NCBI GenBank assembly: GCA_945890595.1
Contig: CAMDCQ010000001.1
Location: forward strand, 1 to 42,176
Length of the DNA: 42,176 bases
Reading direction: 5' to 3'
DNA from: Chitinophaga pinensis
GTDB lineage: Bacteria > Bacteroidota > Bacteroidia > NS11-12g > UBA9320
The position numbers and the translations under genes are program-made. Below, piece after piece: positions 1 to 10,358 of this stretch. A model generated the notes under the pieces. It was given only the letters and a program-made list of their open reading frames with translations. It did no database searches and was not told where the DNA came from. The stretch's first letter is position 1. The number at the start of each line of letters is the position of its first letter.

Positions 1-1591
1 TAACAAATTCTAGACCTTCTTTTCCTTCATCGCCAGGTCCTATTTCAACCTGTATATCTGCGAATTTACCACGTCCACCCGATTGTTTTTTATAGGTTTC
101 TCTGTGTGTAACAGACTTAGTGATAGTTTCTTTGTAGGCTACTTGTGGAGCACCTTGGTTAACTTCAACCTTAAACTCACGTCGAAGGCGATCAACTATA
201 ATCTCTAAGTGAAGCTCACCCATACCCGAAATAACCGTTTGACCTGTTTCTACATCCGTTTTTACAACAAACGTAGGATCCTCCTCAGCAAGCTTACCAA
301 GACCCATACCTAGTCTATCCATGTCACCTTGAGTTTTAGGCTCAATAGCTACACCGATAACTGGATCTGGGAAATCCATAGATTCTAATACGATAGGTGC
401 ATTTTCAGCACAAAGCGTATCTCCTGTTCTGATATCTTTAAACCCAATAAGAGCTGCAATATCACCTGCTTGTAATCTCTCAATTTGGTTTTGTTTATTA
501 GCATGCATTTGGAAGATACGTGAAATACGCTCTTTCTTATCTGTTCTTGTGTTTAACACGTAAGAACCTGACTCTAACACACCACTGTATGCTCTGGTGA
601 AGCAAAGTCTTCCCACGAAAGGATCTGTAGCAATTTTGAACGCTAAAGCAGCAAATGGCTCATCCGCGCTTGGTTTTCTAAAAGTAGGCTCGTCCGTCTT
701 AGGATTGATACCTTCAATTGCTTCAACATCCATAGGAGACGGAAGAATTTCCATAACCATGTCAAGCATCGCTTGTACACCTTTATTTTTAAATGCAGAA
801 CCGCACATCATTGGTACAACTTTACCAGCGATAGTAGCAGATCTTAATGCAGTTAATATTTCTCTTTCTGTTAATGATTCTGAATCTTCGAAATACTTAT
901 CCATAAGTGTTTCGTCGAATTCTGCAACAGCTTCAAGAAGTTCTTCTCTCAATTGTCTTGCTTCATCAACGATATCTGCTGGAATTTCTATTTCTTGAAA
1001 GGTCATACCTTGGTCTTCTTCATTCCAAGTTATACCTCTAAAGTTAATTAAATCAACAACACCAACAAAACCATCTTCAGCACCAATATTTAATTGTAGT
1101 GGTAAAGCGTGGCTGCCTAACATCTCTTTAACTTGGCTACAAACCTTTAAGAAGTCTGCACCCTGACGATCCATTTTATTTACAAATCCGATTCTTGGAA
1201 CGTTGTAATTATTGGCAAGTCTCCAGTTAGTCTCAGATTGTGGCTCAACACCATCCACTGCACTAAACAAGAAAACAAGGCCATCTAATACCCGTAATGA
1301 TCTATTAACTTCAACCGTAAAGTCAACGTGACCTGGGGTGTCAATAATATTTACGTGATATTCTTGCTCTCTGTAATTCCACTTGAGTGTAGTAGCAGCA
1401 GAAGTAATTGTGATACCTCTCTCTTGCTCTTGCTCCATCCAATCCATAGTAGCAGCACCATCGTGCACCTCTCCTATTTTGTGGCTTACACCACCATAAT
1501 AAAGGATACGCTCAGTGGTTGTAGTTTTACCTGCATCAATATGAGCAGCTATACCTATGTTTCGTGTGTATAATAAATCTCTTTTAGCCAT
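1..1591 (-). CDS. fusA: Elongation factor G (3' end truncated by window)
   Basis: Manual translation from ATG at 1591: [30 protein letters not shown]..., DTPGHVDF, and [12 protein letters not shown] near the window edge in the same frame; follows rpsG. Not in the ORF track because it is partial. Confidence 0.98.
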   Translation of the reverse strand, partial: MAKRDLLYTRNIGIAAHIDAGKTTTTERILYYGGVSHKIGEVHDGAATMDWMEQEQERGITITSAATTLKWNYREQEYHVNIIDTPGHVDFTVEVNRSLRVLDGLVFLFSAVDGVEPQSETNWRLANNYNVPRIGFVNKMDRQGADFLKVCSQVKEMLGSHALPLQLNIGAEDGFVGVVDLINFRGITWNEEDQGMTFQEIEIPADIVDEARQLREELLEAVAEFDETLMDKYFEDSESLTEREILTALRSATIAGKVVPMMCGSAFKNKGVQAMLDMVMEILPSPMDVEAIEGINPKTDEPTFRKPSADEPFAALAFKIATDPFVGRLCFTRAYSGVLESGSYVLNTRTDKKERISRIFQMHANKQNQIERLQAGDIAALIGFKDIRTGDTLCAENAPIVLESMDFPDPVIGVAIEPKTQGDMDRLGMGLGKLAEEDPTFVVKTDVETGQTVISGMGELHLEIIVDRLRREFKVEVNQGAPQVAYKETITKSVTHRETYKKQSGGRGKFADIQVEIGPGDEGKEGLEFV

Positions 1592-1596
1592 CTTAA

Positions 1597-2067
1597 TTAT
1601 ACTCTGAAGTGAGAGAATGCTTTGTTTGCATCTGCCATCTTGTGCGTATCTTCTTTTCTTTTTACCGATGCACCTTCGCCCTTAGAAGCCGCAATTATTT
1701 CACCAGCTAATTTATTAGCCATTGATTTCTCGTTTCTTTTACGAGCAAAGTTTATCATCCATTTAATTCCCAAAGAAACTTTAAGATCTGGTTTGATTTC
1801 CATCGGTATCTGGTAAGTAGCACCACCTACTCTACGGCTTTTTACCATTACTGACGGCATAACATTATTCAACGCTTTTTTCCAAGTTTCGATTCCTGCT
1901 TCCTCTTCGATTTTAGCATCAACTAAATCAATTGCTTCGTAAAATATTTTACGAGCAGTTTCTTTTTTTCCTTGTAACATCATGTTATTGATGAACTTAG
2001 AAACCAGCTGATCGTTGAATCTAGGATCTGGACTTACTTCTCTTTTTTTAGCTCTCGACTTTCTCAT
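1597..2067 (-). CDS. rpsG: 30S ribosomal protein S7
   Basis: [13 protein letters not shown] and [13 protein letters not shown] motifs; str operon order. Confidence 0.99.
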   Translation of the reverse strand: MRKSRAKKREVSPDPRFNDQLVSKFINNMMLQGKKETARKIFYEAIDLVDAKIEEEAGIETWKKALNNVMPSVMVKSRRVGGATYQIPMEIKPDLKVSLGIKWMINFARKRNEKSMANKLAGEIIAASKGEGASVKRKEDTHKMADANKAFSHFRV

Positions 2068-2450
2068 TATTTCTTAGCTGCTTTTGGACGTTTAGCTCCG
2101 TATTTACTTCTTCTTTGTGTTCTTCCTTCTACACCTGCAGTATCCAATGCGCCACGCACAATGTGATAACGTACACCTGGAAGATCTTTCACTCTACCTC
2201 CTCTAACTAGAACGATACTATGCTCCTGTAGATTATGACCTTCACCAGGAATGTAAGCGTTAACTTCATTTCCGTTAGTAAGTCTAACCCTTGCTACTTT
2301 TCTCATAGCTGAGTTTGGTTTTTTAGGAGTCGTTGTATAAACTCTTGTGCAAACACCTCGTCTCTGAGGGCAAGAGTCTAATGCTCTTGACTTGCTTTTT
2401 TTGGTGAGTTCCTTTCTCCCCTTACGTACTTGTTGTTGTATTGTAGGCAT
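2067..2450 (-). CDS. rpsL: 30S ribosomal protein S12
   Basis: [34 protein letters not shown]; stop overlaps the rpsG start (TAATG). Confidence 0.99.
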   Translation of the reverse strand: MPTIQQQVRKGRKELTKKSKSRALDSCPQRRGVCTRVYTTTPKKPNSAMRKVARVRLTNGNEVNAYIPGEGHNLQEHSIVLVRGGRVKDLPGVRYHIVRGALDTAGVEGRTQRRSKYGAKRPKAAKK

Positions 2451-2480
2451 ATGTTTCTATCCAATTTCTAAAAAGGTCTG

Positions 2481-2488
2481 CAAAAGTA
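2481..2488 (-). promoter_or_regulatory. Bacteroidota housekeeping -7 promoter element for the str operon
   Basis: TACTTTTG on the minus strand matches TAnnTTTG, 30 nt upstream of the rpsL ATG. Confidence 0.75.
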
Positions 2489-2639
2489 GTATTAATCTAT
2501 AAGTTTGCAAGAGCTAATTTGAAAAAAAAGGAATAATATTTTTCGTGTGTCATTTTAATCAAAGTAACGCACATTATATATTCTCCAATTAACGTACTTT
2601 AGCACGCTAAAATATGAATCAATATCAAGCTATAGCTTA

Positions 2640-3542
2640 ATGTACGATCTTACATACCTCAAAAATAAAAATGTGGATAAGCATAAGTGGAATGCATTAG
2701 TTCTGGCAAGCCACGACTCATTAATTTTTCACAATTATGATTACCTAAATGCATTTTGCGTTTGGGATGCGATAATTTTAGAGGATTATGCTGGAGTTAT
2801 ACCTCTTCCACGAATGGAAATGACCGGATATTTAAAACTATATCAACCGCCATTCATCCAAAAATGTAACTGGATAGGAGCAGCACTTACCCCTGAACTA
2901 ATAGCGCAAATATGGCACATGATAAAATCAAAATTCGCTCATGTACACTTTAACAGCAATATTGAATTTAGTAATTTATCTAGCCCTCGGATTAATTTAA
3001 TACTTCCTATAACTACACTAGGAAAAAACCAAAAAGAATACTCCAAAAGTTTACGAAAAAATATACTCAAGGCAACAACGCTCCGTTTAATTACGGATCA
3101 AAGTATGGTGACACAAACAACTGAGTTTTATCAAAAGGCATACGGACATCTTAATAAACAACTAGATAAGCAGGCTTATGCCAATTTGATTTTACTGGTT
3201 AACACGAAGCCTGAAATGTTTTTTAACTGTATGGTTTCATACCATGACAAGACTGTAGCAGCATTATTATTTGCAAACTACAACAATAGGCTTCACTATA
3301 TTCTAGGGGCTCCTAATGAAGAAGGCAGGAAGCTAAATGCATTATCTTTCGGAATTAATGAAGTGATATCTAGATTTCAAAGTCAAAACTACATTCTTGA
3401 CTTTGAAGGTTCCATGATCCCTAGTGTAAAAGAATATTATTTGTCATTTGGCAGTTTTGACGAGCCATTTTATGAAACCAATTGGTGTACACCTTGGCTC
3501 AAATTGCTACTTAAAGCCTACAAAAGACTAAAAAGATCATAG
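2640..3542 (+). CDS. Hypothetical protein, probable GNAT/FemAB-like acyl- or aminoacyl-transferase fold
   Basis: 300-aa ORF; N-terminal KWNALV...IFHNYDYL, central YSKSLRKNI and C-terminal ILDFEGSMIPSVKEYYLSFG resemble tandem-GNAT FemAB-like proteins. Confidence 0.6.
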   Translation: MYDLTYLKNKNVDKHKWNALVLASHDSLIFHNYDYLNAFCVWDAIILEDYAGVIPLPRMEMTGYLKLYQPPFIQKCNWIGAALTPELIAQIWHMIKSKFAHVHFNSNIEFSNLSSPRINLILPITTLGKNQKEYSKSLRKNILKATTLRLITDQSMVTQTTEFYQKAYGHLNKQLDKQAYANLILLVNTKPEMFFNCMVSYHDKTVAALLFANYNNRLHYILGAPNEEGRKLNALSFGINEVISRFQSQNYILDFEGSMIPSVKEYYLSFGSFDEPFYETNWCTPWLKLLLKAYKRLKRS

Positions 3543-4231
3543 GTCAAAGGGCTGTCAGACGTGAAGCCTTCTCCAAATTCAACTTCAATAGCGGCTCCCA
3601 TTTCTCTCCCTCGTGCTTCCACAAACTTTAAAAATTTCTCAGAACTAATCAGCGTATCGGGTTCATTAGACTCTGGATTAAAAAATTGTGTTTTGTATGC
3701 ACGTATACTCTCATTCTTTTTCTCCTGAAAAGGCGTAACATCTATTACAAAGTGTGGGGAAACATGATAATATTGGATGTAATGAAACACATGATTTGGT
3801 CTCCAACTTCCTTGCTCACCATTTTCGTCTTCTGTGATTATTTTTTTCAAACCGGCTAAAAAGCAAGCCTCTTTGACTAGCTGTGCTCCCCGTGCATGAT
3901 CTGTGTGCCTGTCGTGGAATGAGTTAGCCAAAACGACTGTCGGTTGGTGCTTTCGGATAGCTTTAATTACAGCCAATCTATTGTCTTGATTTATTTCAAA
4001 TGAGCCGTCACCTAAATCCAAATTATCTCGTACATCCAACTCTAGTATAGATGAGGCATCAGCAGCCTCCTGCTTCCTAGTAAGATCGGTCCCACGTGTA
4101 CCCATCTCCCCTTTAGTCAAATCAATAATGCCTATTTTTTTACCTTGAGCTTTTAATTTTAACAAGGTGCCAGAGCAGCCTAATTCTACATCGTCGGGAT
4201 GCGCCCCGAAAGCCAATACGTCTATTTTCAT
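3518..4231 (-). CDS. bshB1: Bacillithiol biosynthesis deacetylase BshB1 (PIG-L/LmbE family)
   Basis: AFGAHPDDVELGC, DLTKGEMGTRG, DRHTDH, AYKTQF, GEGF motifs. Confidence 0.9.
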   Translation of the reverse strand: MKIDVLAFGAHPDDVELGCSGTLLKLKAQGKKIGIIDLTKGEMGTRGTDLTRKQEAADASSILELDVRDNLDLGDGSFEINQDNRLAVIKAIRKHQPTVVLANSFHDRHTDHARGAQLVKEACFLAGLKKIITEDENGEQGSWRPNHVFHYIQYYHVSPHFVIDVTPFQEKKNESIRAYKTQFFNPESNEPDTLISSEKFLKFVEARGREMGAAIEVEFGEGFTSDSPLTYDLFSLL

Positions 4232-4250
4232 ATTTATGAGGGCCTAAGCC

Positions 4251-4823
4251 TTACTCTAATTTTGCATTTTTAATTATATACTCTATTTGATAGTCCTCTA
4301 TGGGATCAAATTTGGTGTCTATATCCGCATTATAAAATTTCGCCCAAAGTCCGTAAAACATCGTGCTTGCACTTCCTCTGTATTTTTTCAGTATTTCATA
4401 GGAGGTATTCCCCGTTTCTCTATGAATTAGTTTTATAAGGAGTTTTCCCTGCTTGAGGCTTAGGTTTTTCAGATGAGAGAGAAATTCATCTTTTATAGCT
4501 TCTTCAGTAGCTTTTATATACTTCTTTTTTGCTTTAGCCGAGGTAAGTTGATTTAGATTATCCTCCATCATTTGCAGTCTAAAAGCCGCCAACTTAGCGT
4601 ATGGCATCACTTTTTTAACATTTCGAACCAACCTTAGATACTCTTCTTTTTGCTCCTTGTTATCAAACTCATTTAGTATAAATTCGTCAAAAGTATATAC
4701 ATAGAAAGTATCTCCATCCATGACCATTTTGCGCAAAATAATAGCAGAATCCGCGCTTTTTTTCTGTGCATTTGCACTAAACAGAATACTGCTAAAGACT
4801 AGAAAAGTTATTACCTTCTTCAT
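4251..4823 (-). CDS. Exported DUF4294-like protein
   Basis: Signal peptide (…SANA-Q); LVRNVKKVMPYAK and QGKLLIKLIHRETGNTSYE are typical of DUF4294. Confidence 0.75.
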   Translation of the reverse strand: MKKVITFLVFSSILFSANAQKKSADSAIILRKMVMDGDTFYVYTFDEFILNEFDNKEQKEEYLRLVRNVKKVMPYAKLAAFRLQMMEDNLNQLTSAKAKKKYIKATEEAIKDEFLSHLKNLSLKQGKLLIKLIHRETGNTSYEILKKYRGSASTMFYGLWAKFYNADIDTKFDPIEDYQIEYIIKNAKLE

Positions 4824-4827
4824 TGTA

Positions 4828-4835
4828 CAAAGATA
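4828..4835 (-). promoter_or_regulatory. -7 promoter element 4 nt upstream of the DUF4294 ATG
   Basis: Minus strand reads TATCTTTG-TACA-ATG. Confidence 0.65.
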
Positions 4836-4859
4836 CTAAAACTCTGCTCCTTATCCTTT

Positions 4860-5573
4860 TTATAAACGAAGAAGTTCAGAAAGGATTTCAACAGATTTCA
4901 TTTTTTTGTTCTTTGTAATATGGTATTGATAATATTTAATCAGTTGATTTAGCCCTTCTCTACGCAGATCAGAGTTTATCGAAATCAAAGACCAATTGCT
5001 ATTGTTGGCAAGTAATGAAATGAGCTCAGAAATCTCTTTAGAAACCGTACTCACGCCGCTTTTTTCCACAAATATTCCTTCTTCAAGACTTAGGTATGGG
5101 GTATCTATAGAAAACTCTCCCTGTGGTTCTACGCCCAAATAATATGTGAGTCTAAGCATGAAGTGAATTGGAAATAATGCGTTGAGTGGCTCACGCTCTA
5201 AAAAAATAATTTGTGCTGCGATGAAGTCAAACAATTCTTCTTCATATTGTTCGTCTACAATGCATTGATTGAGCAACTCAAGTAAAAAAAGAGCTACCGT
5301 TTTTTTAGGAACACTGTCCTGAATATCCATTAACAGGGGATTATTCTTCAATTCTTTTATCCTGTTAATACTGCTATTAGGTTTTTCGTAAATATCTAGA
5401 TCTACCAAACTAAGCGGCTGAATCATAGATGGTTTAATGGCAGATTTTCCTTTTCGAATGCTCTGTAAAATATAGGTTCTTACCCCAAATTCTCGGGTAT
5501 ACATTTTACTAATAATACTACTTTCACCATAATTGGTGTTGCGCAATACAATCGCTTTGGTTTTGGTAATCAT
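4860..5573 (-). CDS. recO: DNA repair protein RecO
   Basis: TKAIVLRNTNYGESSIISKMYTREFG OB-fold start, QPLSLV; lies downstream of porZ as is usual in Bacteroidota. Confidence 0.93.
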   Translation of the reverse strand: MITKTKAIVLRNTNYGESSIISKMYTREFGVRTYILQSIRKGKSAIKPSMIQPLSLVDLDIYEKPNSSINRIKELKNNPLLMDIQDSVPKKTVALFLLELLNQCIVDEQYEEELFDFIAAQIIFLEREPLNALFPIHFMLRLTYYLGVEPQGEFSIDTPYLSLEEGIFVEKSGVSTVSKEISELISLLANNSNWSLISINSDLRREGLNQLIKYYQYHITKNKKMKSVEILSELLRL

Positions 5574-7825
5574 TACCTCACGATAAGCAGTTTAGTCACT
5601 AGTGCTTCTTCGTCATCCTTGTTGGCGCTGTAAATCAGATAAATTCCTGTTTGTGGCTTTTGTCCCTCAAAGTTTAATCCGTTCCATACGGCGGTACCGC
5701 CGGTGGCGATCAGTTCATACACAACACGACCAGCGACATCTGCTATTTTTACTGTCGCATCCTCAGGCAAACCGGTAATCGTTATGGGCCCTTGATACGT
5801 AGAGTGAACAGGATTGGGAAACACTAATGTATTTTGATGCGTATTACTTGCTTCTGTGGCATCTCCTCTATACGATGTTATGCCTTGGGTAGTTCCAAAG
5901 AACACTTCACCTGTATTGGGAACTATGCCAATACAATTCACTATATCACTGGGCAACGGACTATTACTCGCCGTAAAATGTTTCAAAATACGTGACCCAT
6001 CTTCTGCAATGAGCCATACTCCATTGTTTGTAGCAGCCCATTTTCTATTCCCGCCATCTACCTTAAGGTCATTTATAACCTCTTTTTCAAGTAGGTATCC
6101 AATGTCACTTCCATCATCAATAATGATTTGTTGTGCGTCTGCATTTATTCTTTGCTGTGGATTAAAGACTAAGCTTGGTTGATAAAACACCCCAATTCCT
6201 GTTTCTGTTCCTACCCAAATTTCTCCGTCTTTATCCCGTACTATGGCCTTAACATTATTATTAGGCAACCCGCCATTTTTAGCACCCGTAGTGAGAGGTC
6301 TATACTCTATCCCCCCATTACTCTTCTCTTTAGCGACCACAAGGCCAAGGCTACTAGAACGTGGTGCTAGCATCCAAATATTATCTTGATCATCGACTAC
6401 CATCTCCCCAATTCTGTTGGAACCAACATTATATTCCTTCCAGCTGCCATCCTTTTTTAGCGATAAAAGTGGTTTCTCTGTTTCGTAGTTGGCTACCCAC
6501 AAGGTTCCTTTTGAATCTTGGGTCATGCCTAATGCTATTTCTCTTGTGTCTACCGCTGCTTTTATCGTACTATTAGCAGAAGTAAATTTTTGATCTGGTA
6601 CCTTGTTTTTAAGTTTTGCTAATCCGCTTCCAAAACTACCTAGATAGACATCTCCACTATTTTGATTAATATAAATAGTGGTAAAATCAATCATACTACC
6701 TACTACTGGATTATTAAGATCTCTATTGAGCCATTGTCCGTCTTCGTATATGTAGTAACCATAGTTTACATAAGACGGAGCATATGCGTTAGTATGGCCT
6801 CCCGCTGTTACGTACATGGTATTCTCATACCCTTGCATGTCATAGGTCGTCAAGCCATAGGGTCCTGGAGGTATAAACCCGTCTATCCTTCCGTCTGGCC
6901 ATTTTTTAATGAGCCCCCTATAAAAACCACCAAACCATAAATTATTTTGATAATCTATGATTGCATATTCCATAAACGGCTCCTTCTTTTCTTCCAGCTT
7001 AAAGAGCTTATCTAAGAGTGCCACTCCCTCCCAACGGCAAATCACCAATTTGTCATGCGCCGTTATTAAACTTTTATAGTCTTTTTTAACGCCGGCTTCT
7101 ACCGTTGAATAACTGCCGTTTGCGTAATTGTACAAGATACTATCGTTTACGAAAAACAAATTGTTGTTAAATTCTCGCATTAGGCGAGTAGATTTATAGG
7201 TCGTATTTGTTTTCCACGTTTCAAAATTTTGAAGATTTACTCGGCTATCATAGGCAGGTGCAGATTTTATACCTTCATCTGTAGCTAGGTAAAGGGTATC
7301 ATTAAAGACAAAAATCGAAAATACTTCCAACGTAGTACCGCCAGCACCTAGGTTTTGATAATCTGCTGAAATGAGTTGCTTTTCTAAATCAACCACAACT
7401 ACTCCAAATGATGTGGCTAAATATGCTTTACGACCAATTACAGAAGTTTCGTAGATAAACTTTTGGCCTCCAATACTAGCTCTTTTTAGACCTGGCAAGT
7501 TGATGATTTTATTGTCCTTTAATAAATCAATATTCCCGTTTTCATATACTATGATTAGGGTTTTAGTATCATCAGAGTAGCCAAAATTACTCACTTTTGA
7601 TTCTGCAAATCCATCTACTTTGGTAAGCATTGTAGATTCCCCACTAACTAAATCAAATGTATAAAGCCCAACTTCAGCCAGCACATAAAGGGTTCTATCT
7701 ACTTCTATTATTTGCCTTACACTGTTATAAGGCAGATGCATACGCCAGGTATAGGTAGGGGTATTATTTTGAGCAAAGAGACTGAGCCCTAGTAAGAAAA
7801 AATAAAAACTGTAGATTAACCTCAT
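5573..7825 (-). CDS. porZ: Type IX secretion system PorZ-like beta-propeller protein
   Basis: WRMHLPYN N-terminus, propeller repeats (DGEIWVGT, VDGGNRKWAATNNGV, TGEVFFGT) and T9SS C-terminal domain (VFPNPV…GIYLIY…KLLIVR); coupled to recO. Confidence 0.88.
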   Translation of the reverse strand: MRLIYSFYFFLLGLSLFAQNNTPTYTWRMHLPYNSVRQIIEVDRTLYVLAEVGLYTFDLVSGESTMLTKVDGFAESKVSNFGYSDDTKTLIIVYENGNIDLLKDNKIINLPGLKRASIGGQKFIYETSVIGRKAYLATSFGVVVVDLEKQLISADYQNLGAGGTTLEVFSIFVFNDTLYLATDEGIKSAPAYDSRVNLQNFETWKTNTTYKSTRLMREFNNNLFFVNDSILYNYANGSYSTVEAGVKKDYKSLITAHDKLVICRWEGVALLDKLFKLEEKKEPFMEYAIIDYQNNLWFGGFYRGLIKKWPDGRIDGFIPPGPYGLTTYDMQGYENTMYVTAGGHTNAYAPSYVNYGYYIYEDGQWLNRDLNNPVVGSMIDFTTIYINQNSGDVYLGSFGSGLAKLKNKVPDQKFTSANSTIKAAVDTREIALGMTQDSKGTLWVANYETEKPLLSLKKDGSWKEYNVGSNRIGEMVVDDQDNIWMLAPRSSSLGLVVAKEKSNGGIEYRPLTTGAKNGGLPNNNVKAIVRDKDGEIWVGTETGIGVFYQPSLVFNPQQRINADAQQIIIDDGSDIGYLLEKEVINDLKVDGGNRKWAATNNGVWLIAEDGSRILKHFTASNSPLPSDIVNCIGIVPNTGEVFFGTTQGITSYRGDATEASNTHQNTLVFPNPVHSTYQGPITITGLPEDATVKIADVAGRVVYELIATGGTAVWNGLNFEGQKPQTGIYLIYSANKDDEEALVTKLLIVR

Positions 7826-7920
7826 TTAATTAGAATAGACAAAACTAACGATTAGTATCACTGTTTTGTTATCGTGCAGCGTAAAATTACGATATAATGC
7901 ACATACTCTAAAAAGAGTCT

Positions 7921-7928
7921 TAATTTTG
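7921..7928 (+). promoter_or_regulatory. -7 promoter element for lipA
   Basis: TAATTTTG, 9 nt before ATG 7938; supports 7938 rather than 7866 as the start. Confidence 0.65.
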
Positions 7929-7937
7929 CTCCGTTTT

Positions 7938-8828
7938 ATGAAAAATAACATAGAAAACAAACCCCACGTTAAGATAAAACAGCAACAGCGTATGAAACCA
8001 GATTGGCTTAAGACCCAAATACCTGGAGAAGGACATTATGCTGAAATGCTGAAGTTGGTAAAAGACAATAAATTACACACCATTTGCGAAAGTGGTAAAT
8101 GCCCCAATATTGGGGAATGTTGGGGAGCGGGTACTGCTACTTTTATGATTGGCGGGAATACCTGTACCAGAAGCTGTCAGTTTTGTAATGTTGCTACTGG
8201 CGCTGGCGAGAAACTTGATCCTCTTGAGCCATTTAAGGTTGCACAGTCTATTAATATAATGGGCATAAAACACGCTGTGATAACCAGTGTAGACCGCGAT
8301 GATTTAGAAGATGGAGGAAGTATACATTGGGCTAAAACCGTTACGACCATTAGAGAGTTTAATCCAGAAACTACACTTGAAACCTTGATCCCCGATTTTC
8401 AAGGGAATACAGAGCAGTTAGATCGTATTATTTCTGTTCATCCTGAAATAGTTTCGCACAATATTGAAACGGTAAGACGTCTTACCAAAGAAGTTAGGGT
8501 ACAAGCAAAATATGATAGATCACTCTTTGTACTCTCATATCTTAAAGAGAAAGGTATGAAAACCAAAAGTGGCATTATGTGCGGAATGGGTGAAGCAGAA
8601 GATGAAATTTTGGAAACCATGCACGATTTAAGAAACTCCGGTGTAGGAATCATAACACTTGGTCAATATATGCAACCCACTACACGACATTTAAAAGTAG
8701 CTGAATATGTGCATCCTGACATTTTTGCGATGTACAAAAGAGAAGGTCAGAAAATGGGATTTGACTATATAGAAAGTGGACCACTAGTTCGTTCTAGTTA
8801 CCACGCCGAAAAGCATCTTTCTAAGTAA
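7938..8828 (+). CDS. lipA: Lipoyl synthase
   Basis: CESGKCPNIGEC auxiliary cluster, CTRSCQFC radical-SAM motif, GPLVRSSYHA; start moved to ATG 7938. Confidence 0.97.
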   Translation: MKNNIENKPHVKIKQQQRMKPDWLKTQIPGEGHYAEMLKLVKDNKLHTICESGKCPNIGECWGAGTATFMIGGNTCTRSCQFCNVATGAGEKLDPLEPFKVAQSINIMGIKHAVITSVDRDDLEDGGSIHWAKTVTTIREFNPETTLETLIPDFQGNTEQLDRIISVHPEIVSHNIETVRRLTKEVRVQAKYDRSLFVLSYLKEKGMKTKSGIMCGMGEAEDEILETMHDLRNSGVGIITLGQYMQPTTRHLKVAEYVHPDIFAMYKREGQKMGFDYIESGPLVRSSYHAEKHLSK

Positions 8829-8837
8829 TGATTACTC

Positions 8838-9560
8838 TTATTTTAACGCAGAGATGCGTTTGAAGCGAAGACTTATTACACCAAACAGTGCCTCGCGAAT
8901 AATTCCGCCCGTCATTTTAGATTCTCCGGCGGTTCTATCCGTAAAAATAATGGGGATTTCTTTGATTGTTTTACCCAAGGAATGCGCAGTGTATTTCATT
9001 TCTATTTGAAATGCGTAACCTCTAAATTTAATTCTAGACATGTCTATACTACTGAGTAATTCACTGGTATATCCGACAAAACCAGCAGTGGCGTCTGCTA
9101 ATTTCATTTGAGTAAAAAATCGCACATAAGCGGAAGCAAAATAGCTTAATAAAACTCGACTCATAGGCCAGTTTACCACATTTACTACATTACCTACGTA
9201 GCGAGACCCTACCACCATATCGTTATCTGGCTTTTGCAATTCATCATGTAACCGGATTAAATCATCAGGGTTATGTGAAAAATCACAATCCATCTCAAAG
9301 ATATATTCATAATTTCGCTCCAAACACCATTTAAATCCTGCGATGTAAGCTGTTCCTAGTCCATTTTTATTTCCGTTTTCGAGGAGGTTTATTCTGGATT
9401 CGTTTGCCATTCGCTCTTTAACCATTTGAGCAGTGCCGTCTGGAGAATTATCATCAACTACGAGCACATCAAAAACCGTTGATAAAGACATTACTTTGTC
9501 TAACATAGCGAGAATATTTTCCTTCTCGTTATAGGTCGGTATGATAACTATAGGGTTCAA
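8838..9560 (-). CDS. Polyprenol monophosphomannose synthase-like GT2 glycosyltransferase
   Basis: IIPTYNEKEN, VDDNSPDGT, GLGTAY, EMDCDFSHNP, GSRY, GYAFQIE; TTG start. Confidence 0.9.
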   Translation of the reverse strand: MNPIVIIPTYNEKENILAMLDKVMSLSTVFDVLVVDDNSPDGTAQMVKERMANESRINLLENGNKNGLGTAYIAGFKWCLERNYEYIFEMDCDFSHNPDDLIRLHDELQKPDNDMVVGSRYVGNVVNVVNWPMSRVLLSYFASAYVRFFTQMKLADATAGFVGYTSELLSSIDMSRIKFRGYAFQIEMKYTAHSLGKTIKEIPIIFTDRTAGESKMTGGIIREALFGVISLRFKRISALK

Positions 9561-9696
9561 ATTAAGGTGACTGGATTAAATAAGTTCTCTTCTAAAAAAC
9601 GATAAGTCGTATTAGGTAACGAAACAATACTGATATTAATATATTAAATCGGCGGAATATTTATATGAATGAGTGTATTCGTGTTCTCTTAAAAAA

Positions 9697-10353
9697 TCAA
9701 CTATTGGCTTTATTGTGATCGGCCAGAAACTGAGCTAATCCAATATCAGTTAATGGGTGCTTTGCTAGACCTATAATTGCACTAAGTGGGCATGTACATA
9801 CATCTGCTCCAGCTTCTGCCGCTCTTACTATGTGCAAAGGATTTCGAATGGATGCCGCTAGAATTTCTGTTGGGAAACCTTGAATACTATATATATCTGC
9901 GATTTGAGCAATCAGCTCAATACCATCCCATGTCATGTCATCTACTCGACCAATAAATGGAGAAATATAAGTAGCTCCCGCTTTTGCCGCAAGAATGGCT
10001 TGACCTGCAGAGAATACCAGTGTGCAATTTGTTTTTATATCATTATCACTAAACCATCGGATAGCTTTAATACCATCTATGGTCATAGGCACTTTTACTA
10101 CGATATTGGGATGTAGATCTGCCAATTCTTGACCTTCTTTAATCATACCATCATAATCGGTAGCAATAACTTCCGCACTAATATCGCCGTCTACCAACTC
10201 ACAAATAGTTCTGTAGTGTGCCATTACATTATCGTAACCCACAATACCTTCTTTAGCCATAAGTGATGGATTAGTAGTAACACCATCCAGTATTCCAAGT
10301 GCTTGAGCTTCTTTTATTTGCTCCAAGTTCGCAGTATCAACAAAAAATTTCAT
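9697..10353 (-). CDS. tal: Short-type transaldolase (Tal/FSA family)
   Basis: FFVDTAN, GVTTNPSL, Schiff-base VVKVP; Glu (SAEV) and Phe (SPF) at the discriminating positions favour transaldolase over FSA (Gln/Tyr). Confidence 0.9.
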   Translation of the reverse strand: MKFFVDTANLEQIKEAQALGILDGVTTNPSLMAKEGIVGYDNVMAHYRTICELVDGDISAEVIATDYDGMIKEGQELADLHPNIVVKVPMTIDGIKAIRWFSDNDIKTNCTLVFSAGQAILAAKAGATYISPFIGRVDDMTWDGIELIAQIADIYSIQGFPTEILAASIRNPLHIVRAAEAGADVCTCPLSAIIGLAKHPLTDIGLAQFLADHNKANS

Positions 10354-10358
10354 TAGGG

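Noticed and set aside
597..1816. Plus-strand ORFs 597-998, 1328-1573 and 1622-1816
   Set aside because: Antisense shadows of fusA and rpsG with no recognisable motifs
5856..6940. Four plus-strand ORFs within porZ
   Set aside because: Antisense to a well-supported gene, with Ser/Ile-rich shadow composition
7866..7937. N-terminal extension of lipA from TTG 7866
   Set aside because: The promoter element at 7921-7928 lies inside it; ATG 7938 fits better
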